A stretch of 58,034 bases of DNA, the filler included, from Bipalium vagum (Eukaryota): assembly GCA_037834085.1 (NCBI GenBank). It is 3 parts of 3 records of this genome, joined end to end, with 100 filler letters (N's around TTAATTAATTAA, not from the genome) between each part and the next. Parts side by side here need not be neighbours in the genome. Positions count along the whole stretch, not along the records: positions 1 to 17,837 come from JBBMKC010044846.1; 2 more parts are not named here. One strand, given 5' to 3'. The notes below the pieces were generated by a model. That model had not been told where the DNA came from. It saw only the letters and a program-made list of their open reading frames with translations, and ran no database searches. Positions 1 through 12,300 of this stretch are shown one piece after another (position 1 is the stretch's first letter; each line of letters starts with the position of its first letter). The position numbers and the translations under genes are program-made.

Positions 1-55
1 ACAAGTTCCAAGTTTAGATGAAAAATTAAATTATAAATTGTTCAAAAACCTACTA

Positions 56-1025
56 CGAGCGGCAGTCGAAAAGTTTCTGGAATAAAGAATATGGAAAGGT
101 ATAGTAAAAAACAATTAATCATAAAAACTACAGTTTATCGATGGTTTCAAGAATGTAAGTCTCGACAAGTCCCTTTGGATTATGATTTTCGAGAAGGACG
201 TCCAAAAAAAAGTGTATGTGATGAAAATATTGAAGTTGTTTGGAAGGTAATTGAAGAAGATCTTCGGACAATATATGATGAAATGCATCATTGAACATAT
301 TTTAGACTTCAATCCATTTTCTATTTTACATGAACAATTGGGTTTAACAAAGGTATGTTCTCTTTGGATACCACATATCTTTACAATTGATTAAAAACGA
401 AATTGCATTAATTGGTCCAAACTTATGATCGATAAATTTAAGCAGGGAACATCGAAACATGTTTATGACATCGTCAGTGGTGATGAATCATGAATATACT
501 TGTATGAAATGTTTCGATCCCGGAAGGCCTCCAAGCAAATGATTTCATGTCTCGTAGCCAAATCAGATCATGCGCTACCATTGCTTTAGATGATTGTCGC
601 ACAATTAATTCGAATTGGTATACCACAGTTAGCTTACCTGAAGTCATCACAGAATAGAGTAAAAACAATTTGAAACGCTCCATTATGCTTCATTGTGATA
701 ATGTCTTATACATCCCATAAAACAGTAAACTTTTTGAGGACTCAAAACGTTGAATTATTAGTCATTCATCTCATAGTCCTGATTTGGCACCAAATGACTT
801 TTTCAAATTTGGTTCCATCAAAAAAAATTGTATGGGTAGCAAAGCTGTAGAAGAGCATTTAAATCACATGTCTTGGACATACCGACTAGATCGGGAAAAA
901 TGTTTCAACGTCTGGTTTGACAGAATGTAAAAGTGCATAGATTGTGACGGTGAATATTTCGAAAAACAATGATGTTAATTATAATAATAAATATATACAT
1001 TCCCGAACTTTTCGAGAGCTCTATG
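56..1025 (+). mobile_element. Decayed, internally deleted mariner element
   Basis: Imperfect TIRs: TA-CGAGCGGCAGTCGAAAAGTTTCTGGAAT at 54-83 and ATTCCCGAACTTTTCGAGAG at about 999-1025. Broken transposase motifs TTVYRWF, REGRPK, WIPHIL, VSGDES*, HSPDLAPNDFF, CIDCDGEYFEKQ, with many stops and frameshifts. Confidence 0.85.
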
Positions 1026-1324
1026 TTCAGAAAGTTTTGCATGTAAGTATAAATTTTAATTAATATTAAATAATAAATATTTATGAAATAAATTCTAAGG
1101 TAATAATTAAAATTTTAATCTTTAATTTAATAAAAATAAAAATTTTAAATAATTTTTAATAAATTCAAAATTTTTATTAAAATATTAAATAATTAAATTA
1201 ATATTAATAAAAATGTTAGATAATGAATTTGTTTAAATAAATAATAAAAACAAAACACATTCAATTATTTTTATTGAATAAACATTATATTTGAGTTTAT
1301 GAATTCAGAAATTGTCGATAACGA

Positions 1325-2420
1325 GGCAGAAAATAACTTTGTACATTCATTTTAAAACCTCATAATTCAGCAGAAACAAAGGTTTATTGATTAAAATAAA
1401 AACCATTAGCGTTTACATAGTTTTCCCAATGAATTTATAGATTTTCCATTTTTATGCGATAGAATTTTGTAAACTTGGAGGCAATGAACTATTCAAGTTC
1501 TCTTTTTAAACATTTCTTCGATCTGAAATCATTTTCCATTCAAATATTTTTATAAATTTTTGAATAAATAGAAATCGGTTGGCGAGAGATCAGATTAGTA
1601 TGGTTGCCAAAAAAGAATTTCATAATTTAGGCTTTTCAGCTTATATATGGTTTGCTATGTGCGGACAGACATTGTCATGAAATAGAATTGGGGTTTTTCT
1701 ATTGATAAATACTTGGTACATTTTTTTCAACTTTTCTTGCATAATATCAATTTATAGATAGTATTTCTCTGCTATTATCATTTCTCCCTTTTCCAATAAT
1801 CGAAATGGTTCACTCCTTTGGAACACCACAATAGCACAACCATTATATTTTTTCGCGTTGAGTTGGTTTGTAGAAGAACTTGAAACATTCACAGATGTCT
1901 AACCACTGTAGTGAACATTTAATGTTGTTATATAGCAATTATTTTTCATCACAAATAATCAGACAATGAAGAAATTACTCGTTTTTGATCCTCAAATGAG
2001 TTCTGAGCATATCTCATCGCTTCATTTTGTTTTCTAATGATTAGCTCATAGGGCACCAACATTTCCAACTTTTTTGTCTTACCTATTTGCTTCATATGAC
2101 TGGAAAACGTTCCAATACTACTGACATCTAGACTTTTGGCAAGTTTTCTTATTTTTTTTCCCTTAACCTCTTCCACTAGAGTCTTTAAATAGTTTTCATC
2201 AAGTTTAGAAGGACGATCTATTCGTTTCGTATCTTTAAGGGATAAATCTCGATTACAGAACTTCTGGTACCAAAGTCGAACTGTTGACTAATTTACAGTA
2301 CCGTAGCCCCAAACATCATTAACTTTTCAAGCAGTTTCAGCTGCTTTTGTACTGAGTTGAAACTTGTAAAAATAAATTTGGTTCAAAAATCGCGACATGA
2401 CATCCAACTTTAAAACTGAA
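1325..2420 (-). mobile_element. Decayed mariner element
   Basis: Minus-strand fragments: ORF 1949-2176 has KLEMLVPYEL (WVPHEL-like). The C-terminus at about 1380-1500 reads FIASKFTKFYRIKMENL*IHWENYVNANGFYF. Boundaries approximate. Confidence 0.75.
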
Positions 2421-3310
2421 AACGGCAGTCAAATAATAATAATAAGTACCTATATTGGAATCGCAATAAAATAAACCTTGCTATATTTCTGATTTAATTC
2501 TTAGATTCAATGTTATGTCAGATCACAAGTTTTTTTGTTTAAAAATGATAGATTAATACCTTGTTATTGTATTTATGAAAATATAATGACCATGATTTTA
2601 ATTTTTCGTATAATTTTTATTTAAGTAATAATTTAAATGTATAAGTAAATGAAAATTTTTAAGATAATTATTTCTGATCAAATTAATTGGACAAATTTTA
2701 AATATAAATTTTTTCTTTTGATGATTTTATTTTAGACCTAAGATATGAAAAGCTCAATTTATGTAGAAATTCTAAATTTCATTTCAAATAAATTGAAAGA
2801 TTGGCATACTATTACACAGCGGTCTAAAATGTTTCAAGTGTCGCACACGACAATATATTCCATTACGAAAGACTATAAACTGAACAAGAGAGGTCAATGA
2901 GTATTACGACGTAAAAAAATTGTTCATAGGTAATGAAAGCAATAAAAAAAGTTGAAAAGATCAGAAAAAGATCAAGAAAAATCAATAAATAATTTCCGGA
3001 TCTTTATCAATTGTCAATACTGCATTACTATAAATGTAATATTTTCTTTAGCGCTTATTTTTCTATCTGGTCATTCAAACAAATTGTGTAAAAGTGAAAA
3101 TTATAATAATTATTAGACACCCAAGATTTATACTGCAATTTATAATAGTGACAGATGAATCGAAAGGTTCACAATATGACAAAGTCTAATAGAAATTATA
3201 ATTATTATAGTAATAGGTCAATTAAACAGTAATGGCTAAAAAATTGTTTTAAAGTTGTCAGGTAATCAGTTCATTTTGCAAAATCAATTATTTAAGAAAA
3301 AATTACGAAC

Positions 3311-6300
3311 CGGAATGACTTTAATCACATTCTTGAGAAGGCCTTCGTTTAGAATCTCATTATCATAAACTTCCTCAATATTGAATGGCACAATAATTTT
3401 ACACTTGATATCGCTAATTGAAAAAATTTACATGTCACACAAAATAATAAGAAACGTTTGAAAAATTTTCAAAATTTATGTGAAATTTCTTTTCATAGGA
3501 TCTTTAACTGATTTTTCTATGAAAAAAAATCTATTCAAAGTATAAAAGGTTTTTAAAATTATATATTAATATCAAAAATAGAATTTTCATAAATACATGG
3601 TGTTTCAAAAATCACTATCTATTTATACTTTATTTAAAGTACTATGATAGGCAAAAAAATTCAAAACCATGTATAATTAATCTAAAAAAAACCTAAACAA
3701 AACATTTCTTAATCACTGGATTGGTCGAGTTGGACCACAATTATGGGTAGTACGCGGTCCAGCTTTAACACCCTTAGATTTTCATGCTTGGAGATTCACT
3801 AAGTCTAAGGTGTAAGCTGGTTGGAGAATTTAAAATGTTGCTGAACTTAACATCTAATTACTGGTGCAGTTCAGTAGATATCACCATAAATGATAGAAAT
3901 GTGTTTCGTTAAGCCAAACGTTGTTTTGAGCTGTGTAGAGATCTAATTATTTGTATTAATTTTTTCAATAAAACATTTTCGGAAAATAAAACTTGTTTTT
4001 GTGACTTTTGAAACACCTTATATAATAATTAATAAATGGAAACAAGAAACAAATAAAATTCGCATATAAAAAGTTATAAAAAATATAAATATAAATTATT
4101 AAGTTTTCTAAAATCAAAATAATAAAAATCTTTTAGTTCATTAAATCAGAATTTTTCTAAAAATAACTATTTCATTTAATAATAATAATAATAATAATTT
4201 TCTTAACAAAATTTTAATATTTCAAAACTTAAGATATTGACTAATATTGGGTTGTTCAGAAAGTCACTTCGTATTTTTTAGTAAAAAGTAAAACCAAAAG
4301 TTTTATTAGTAATAAATATTTTAATCAATGATGCATTGTCCTTTTTGGTCCAAGACCTTCTGCCATCTACCGGACAATTTGAATAACCCTTTATCTGTAA
4401 AATATCTTTAAAATGACTTAAGTCTTTTAAATTAAGATTTAAAGATAGGCACCTCTATATAAAGACAGTTCAGCAGTTCTCGAGAGGTGTCGTTATAAAG
4501 AGGTTTAACTGTATTAAAAAGCGAAATCACTTTCCAAACAATCCCAATAAAAACAAATAAAAAATGAAAGGAAACCAATATTTTAACTTTAATAATTTTA
4601 AGAAAATAAGAATTAATTATAAGACAGATCTATGCAGCCTGTAAAGGACATTGATTGATTTTAATAAAGAAAAAATAATTCATCTCTTTGAATTTACATT
4701 TATTATTTTCATAAAATAACATAACAAACCTATTTCATATTGTTCCTTGGCACTTGTATCTCACATCAATTTCCATTATTCTATCAATGATTATTTTTAC
4801 TAATTGACAAAATGTTAAGAAAATTCAAATGCAATTATTATAACAAAGCATCGATACAGATATATATCGACAGAAAAATAAGATGCGTGATTTTTAAATT
4901 TTAGTGGAAATATCTGCCGTTTTCTCTGTTATTAAAAAATAGGAAAATCAATAGCAAATTAAAGCCAAGAAAATTCTTAAAAACACTAGAGAATTTATAT
5001 ATGAAAAAAATTATTTTTAACTTAAGTCGATTCACATAAATAGACCGACTCTAAATTAATATTTTAAAAATTCATGCAAAACATCAGTTGCATTTAATAA
5101 GTGATACATTTCCAAAATAAAAATATTTTTTAAAAAATAAGTCACAAATCTCAAAAAGAATTATTGGAAATAGTTTAGTAAGTTTAATTATAGATCAAGA
5201 AATAACCGATCTTCTATAATCGCATTAAAAACTTTATTGACTTTGAAATAGGGATAACTTGTGCTAAGTAGAATTCCCAGTCAAAAATCAATAAATTTCT
5301 TTAAAATAACATTTAGAACAATATTTTAAAGTGAAAAAGATTTTCCAATAAATTCAAACATTTAAAAGACAACTCTAACTTTTAGTCTAGACTAACCAGT
5401 TTTAGGAAAATGTCACATTTAAGGTATGCTGAAACTAATCAAACAAAACAATTAACGGAGTTTTTAGTAAAAATCTTTTTTAATCAATTCAAAACAGAAT
5501 TTAATATTTTAAATTCAATCAATAAATATTTTAAATTTTAATGATAAATCTTAAATTATACAAAACACTATCTTTTATAATATCACTCTAATTTAAGATA
5601 ATGAAAAATTTTGAAAATTATGATAATAAAAATACAAAAGTATTTATTTTTAAAAATATTTTCCCATTTTCACTTTTTGGTTGAAACATTTATCTTTTTT
5701 TAAAACTTCTCTCATTCTGAGAATAAAAACTAAAAACTACTTAATTTTTGGTCTATTTTCATCAAATTTTAATCATTTAAAAGAATAACGTTTTAATCAA
5801 TTATCCTGAAACCGAAGTAAGTGAGAGTCAGACAGTGACTAGTCTGAATAAAAAACGATGGATGAATCATAATCTTCCAACTGTCCAGCTCAATTTTTGA
5901 CTGGTTATCGATTTTGTTATCATTTCCATTTAGAAATCTTTTTCATGTGACAAGCCAGGAGTGGAACAGAAAACGGAACATGTGAAAAATTGATTTTGTG
6001 AAAAGTGAGACATTAATTCCTCTCCTAAGCTTTTAATGTTGTGTTTTAAAAATAGTTGAACGAGTTTTTGGCACATAGAAGTATCTTTATATAATATTCC
6101 ACTACATCACTCTTTATGAGCAACTTCTAATAGATTATTCTACATGCCGCCACATACACTCCACAACCATCTTGATAAACAAAACTAAATTTGACATTAT
6201 TTAGGACAGTAGAACAAAGTAGTAAAAGTAGAACAGTATTTCAGGAGCTATCTAGGAGACAGTAGAACAAGTGGATATTTTTTGGGAAAACTTGGGAGAG

Positions 6301-9300
6301 ATTGGAAAATCAAAAAAAGTTGGACAAGCGAATTTCTTATCAATTGAAAGAATTCTAGAAAAATCGCTTATTTGAAGCTACATCTTCGCTTATTTTGCCG
6401 TACAATAATGATCCCCTTCTTGATGACATTATGAAATGATGTGAAAAGTTGATTATGATTGAAAACCGATGTCGCTTAGATCAATGGTTAGACCTTGATC
6501 AAGCTACCTGGTGACTGTTTGGTGGTCTGCGATTAGTCTCATTCATTACAGGTTCTTAAACCCTGGCGAAACCATTAGGACAGAGAAATATTATTATGAA
6601 ATCAACGAAATGCACTTGAAACTTCGATAACAACCACCATCATTAGTTAATAGGAAAGGATCGATTTTACTCTTTAATAACGTTCGGCCATATGTGCAAA
6701 ATCAATGGCATAATGATAAAAAGACTATCTTAACATTTTGAAAGAAGAATTCGAGCAAACCCAACAACTTGATATGGAAAATAATTTTAAGTTTTAGTAT
6801 GATAGGGATCCGAAACATACAGGTTGGTCAATCACCGGACATGAATCCTATTGAGAATTTATGTGCCTACTTGAAAAAAAAACTCAAGAAGAGAGAGATA
6901 ACTGGGAAAGAAATGTTAAAAGTATATCTCATAGAAGAATGGTAGAAAATTCCTTCTGATTTTTGCAAAAAACTTTCCCAATCAATGCATAATAGATGTT
7001 AAATGGTGCTTCATAGGAAAGAAAGACCAATAAAATGTAAGACACACCAGATACATTTAATTTTTTTGTTTATATGTCATAACTATAATTGTACGAATAA
7101 TTCTTGTGATCTTAATTTCCTGAGTTTTCCAAACCTAGGTCCATAGATTTGTAAACATTTTTTTTCATCTTTGTGCTATTTGATACTTATAGATTAATAC
7201 TCTGTAGATTTGATCACAATTATTTTTTCAATAAGTGCCATTCTTCATAAATCGAAATATTTTATAGATGAAGCGATCGTACGAATAGTTCTTGCAGATA
7301 GCATATATTAATGAAATTAATTCTACAAAGCGAATATGAAAGTCCTTATACAAATATTGACCTATTGATTGAATAGTACTTAAACATAAATAAATTTAAT
7401 CAAATTAACATTTAACATTAACAATTTTAAAAAATAGATCAATTTTCTTTTAAAATTGTAGGACATTTTAAAAATTTCACTAATCTATTAAGTACCTTAA
7501 TTAATTTTCGCAGTGTTTTGAACTAAAAGAACATTTAATTTACAAAATTTACAATAAGTAAATTATGTAAAACGTTTTTCTTCACTTTCGATTACTTTTA
7601 ATCATCTCTCTGTTAAAAAAAAATTCCTTGTACTTGGAATCTAGTCAGCAACCAATTTTTGAACCTCTAAGTATTTAGAGAGATTTGTATCTGTTAATGA
7701 ATATCGTATTGGTCTGAAAATTAAGGAACTAAGTATGGAGTGTCAGCTGGCCAACATTTGGCAGGCCTAGTACTATCTAATGCAAGTAGTTTTTGAATAA
7801 TTTCTGTATTCAATTTAGTTAATTTCTGTTTGTACCGATTTTCTGTGATAAGCACTTTCAGTAATAGAAGGTCGTAATAAATAAAACCTTGATCCCACCA
7901 AATGCAGACCATTGCTTTTATGTCATTGATATAGTCTTGGAGTCGATCCTGCTGGTTAACCTGGGTTCACCCATGACCTTTTGTGTTTTGGATAGTTAAA
8001 ATAGATTCATTTCTTATCACCCGTTATTATTCGCTACAGAACTTTTCTTTAAGTGTCCACAAAGCAACGGTTCTCAATTTTGATTTTTTGTCAAATCATA
8101 TGGAACCTATTTTTCTTCTTTTTGTATTTTACTCATCTCATGCAAGCGATTTGAAATAGTTACAGAATAGAAATTTAATATTTTTCCATATTCTTTGAGA
8201 GTTTAGTCGAGTCAATGATGCTTCTATATCGGTATCAGCAACATCATGATCGTTACTTTAGAAACTATTTTCTCCACGATCTTCCTGTTGGAAAAGAATC
8301 GTCATAATTCTCCATCAATATTCGATAGGCTTCCGCCGCAGTTTTCTTCATATCGAAATAATGCAGCAGTACATGTCGGAAAAACTTTTTCGCGTTCCAT
8401 ATTTTTCAACTAAAATGGGATAAAAAAATTCCATTTTATTTTTAATTTGTTATTATGATAAATATATAACTTATTTTAAGTTTCACCTTTCAAAAACATA
8501 TTAATTTATAAATACCGCTCTTCATTATCAACTGTGGAAATTAATTAAAACACTTAATAAAAGAAGCATCGAAAACAACAAATGTCTCAGAATCTGTCTA
8601 AAAAATATTTTTTGTAACTTCATTTTAAAAAGCCAAATTCTCTACCCGTTACTTTCTTACGATTTACCTCCGAAAGGTATTAATTTAAAAACAGGTTGAG
8701 TGTACCAGTATTGATTTTTTAAAAAGAAAAAGGAAAAACTCATAAAAAAGTTAATAATCAATATTAATAGATAAAAAAAGTTTTCTCACCGATTGATTAC
8801 ATCTCTATATTTGTTCCAAGTGTTCTGGAACAACTGAAGATGTTTCTCTGTTCCAACATCGACACGAATTGTTTTACAAAACGAAGCCGTTTGCGTGGTA
8901 GTCGTCAATTCAAACTCCATTTTTTGACAAAAAGTATTACAATAAATGGGATTGAATTCCAGTCCGAAGTCTATTCGATGGGAACTTTCATTTTTGTTTA
9001 AGGGAACTTTCAACAGCTGACCGAAATATTTCTGGTCCTTAATTTCAATCATAATTGAATGATTTCATTTTTGTATAAAATTATAAAATAATATGAACTT
9101 GTGTTAAAGTTTCAAAAGAACCTTTATTGATTTTTAATATCTTTTGTAAATAAAGTTTTAAATTTATAATCTCTCTTATAAAATTAATAATTTGAAATTT
9201 TTATAATAAAAGTAAAATTACTTAAATGGAAAATTTAAATAAATAAGGTTTTTAAAATAATAATATTAGTATTATTAAAAAAATAATTTTAAAAAATGAT

Positions 9301-12300
9301 ATTTATATTAATAAATAATAATAGGTTTTGATTGAAACTATATAATAAAATAACTTACCAAACAATGATGGTCAATCAGCTTTACTAATTTAAAAAATGG
9401 TCTCGATTCATCATCACGCAAAAAGATGCTTAAATTTTGACAATTTTTTTTATCGATATATAGCTTGAGAAATATTTTCATTGGTGTTTTATAGCACTTT
9501 ATATTGTTTGGAAATTTGGGGATATTTATAATCATCCAAGATGGCCAAGGAGACAATTTCTGCAATAATTACAGGAGAAAATATTATTAATATTCAGAAA
9601 CATAAGGATTCAGACAAGAGATTGTAAATTAATAAAATTATGTAATAAAAGGTAAATAAATTAATAATTTACGAGCAAAATTAGGTTTTAAAAACGGAAT
9701 TCTGCAATATTTATGATTTATAATTGTGACTTTAAATTAAGACTCGTAATAAAATTTCGATCTGTAGAGTTTACAGAACGTAAATTCGAACAGAAATAAG
9801 CACTTTATTAAAGGATAATGTTATATAATAGAAATCCAATTAGTTATATTTAGAGAAATTTAAAAATAGTACTTTAAAAATCGCATTTATTCATTAAAAA
9901 TATAAAAAATGACATTTATTAGGTTGTCCAGTATGAAATATCGCTTTTTATCTACAATACTACTAAAAATACATTTCATACTGGACAACCTAATATTATT
10001 AAAAAGTGGTATTTAAAAATTTTAAAAAATTAACTATTATGTAACAACTTTATTCATCAAGTACATTATAATAGTGATAAATATTATCGCTGTTAAAATT
10101 TCTTTAGTTAGTTAGCAGATTTCCTAAAATAGAAAAACTTGGCTTTACCGCAATACTTGAAGGTGGACATTTCTTTAAATAAGAATATTCAATTGGAGAT
10201 ACTTCTTCTTTACTAAACTTTAGCAGATCGGATATTTCATTTTCTTCTAATCTTTTATGCAGATAGCTTCTCAAATCTATTGAACATAATCCTAAATTTA
10301 TGTTAAATATAAATTTATATCCAATTTCAATATTATATATCTTCAAACTTATCTAAAATATCAAGGATTTTTTATAGTGCCAGATAATATACATTTCTTT
10401 CCTTTAATTTCAGTTTTTTCAATTTCCAGAAAATCTTTTCTTCCTTAAAATAATTTATTAATTTTGACTTATTTTTCTCTTTTAATCGATGTAATATGTA
10501 TGTCCTTGCCTTTGATTCAGAAATGGGAGGTTTACCAAAATATCTGAACATCTTAATTATTTAATTTGTATTTTTAATTTTTCCTGATTCACGAAACAGT
10601 CACAAGTTTTGCAATATAGTTTGTTTTGTGAATGATATAAAAATTCTTGACAATTACAATAATAATAAATTATTTCCTTATCACTTTTCTTTTCTTTTGG
10701 CATTTTTAAAAATTTAAAAATTAATTAAAATTTTTCAAATATTTTTTTTAACATGCCATTTAAAATATAAAATTTTCAAAAAATTACATTTAAATGACCC
10801 TTCATTGATAAAAAAAACATTTGAAATTAAATCATTTTTATTGAAAAATAAGATAAAAACAAAGGTCTTAATCATATTGTTTATAACTAATATCGATTAA
10901 ATAAAAAATAGGAAAGCTTTTGATTTTCTTTTTAAAAAATATAAAGGTTTTTTCTATCTTTTTAATTCTTAAGGATATGTATTTATTTCTTTTTATAGAT
11001 GTTACATTTTATATTTTATTACTTTTAAATGATTTATCTTTAATATCTATCATTTCTGATAATCTTTGATTTGTCGATTTATACTATTCTAAGGAAATTA
11101 ATTAAATGTGAAATAGATAATTGTTAAAAAAATAGTATTGATTATGAAAAATATCAAAAATAGAAATTTACTTTCACAGTAATATCATATGTAAAAGACA
11201 CCATATAATCTCTGAACCGGATTCTAGCAATCATTTCTTGATATTCGTCATCTGAGTGTGGATTATTACATTTACAATGTGGATCCGTGGAGCTTAAACA
11301 ATAAAAACGGATCTTATAAATAAGAAAATTCGTATTTTAAAAGAAATAATTTTAATTAAGTCAATCGTAAGATACAGAAAAAATATCTTTAAAAATCGAT
11401 CGATCACAGGAAAAAATAAAATCTATTGATGATTGTCAAGATGGTGATTCGTTCAGCATTTCTGTATATCGATCGGAATTAGTACGACTTTCTAGGTGTA
11501 CTAAATTACTAAAGGAATTGAATGAAAAAACGTAACAAATATGACTTTTTCCTGGACTTCGATTAGATATTTCAAGTACACATTTGTCATTATACCTTTC
11601 TCCACTTCTTCGAGGCACAGTTTTCATGTTAACATCGCCAACATGGACTCATCACTAAAGTAAACTGCAAACCAATCAATATCGACATTCTTCTTTGCCC
11701 AAAGCAAGTCTTTTATTTTATCAGTAATAGTAAGCTTTCGTTTATTAGACGCCCCATAATAATGAACAACAACATTATGAAATCGTCTGTTGACAGTTTG
11801 GCGAAATATTATTTTGATGTCATTCAGGTCCCTTTCTCTTCTGCGAGATGATTTAAATTTGTTCTCTAAACATCTTCGCACATTAAGAATAATCAAAACT
11901 TGCAGTTGTTTTTCTACGCACATAACAGTTTTTCTATTCGTTGACAAACTTCCCAATGCTTGATTTATTTATTCCGGTTTCTTGTGCAATGCGATTGTAA
12001 TTCCTGCTTGAAAATGCAAATCATAAATACTCCCTCTATTGAAGTTTCTCATATCATTTCTCCTGAACATTTTCGCCATAAATTTTTTTTAAAAAATACC
12101 ACTAAAATAAAGAATTTAACGAGTGGGTCGAAAGTATTTTGACAAAATGCTTAGCTAAATATCTGAACATGCAAAAAATATTTTTTTTATAAAATTCTAT
12201 AGATTAGAAAATCTATTTTTTATATATCACAAAATATTTTAGATTATCATTTGACAGATGATGGAAAAAGTGGATCTTCCCAGACGTATCTATGATTTAA

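Noticed and set aside
5800-5890. AG|CTGG as the next HELZ exon starting with the conserved RW
   Set aside because: The frame hits TGA after five codons and the region translates as a mariner relic.
10104-10346. ORF as an extra exon of the HELZ-like gene
   Set aside because: It carries a hAT dimerisation-like motif and in-frame stops, and the flanking exons join in phase without it.
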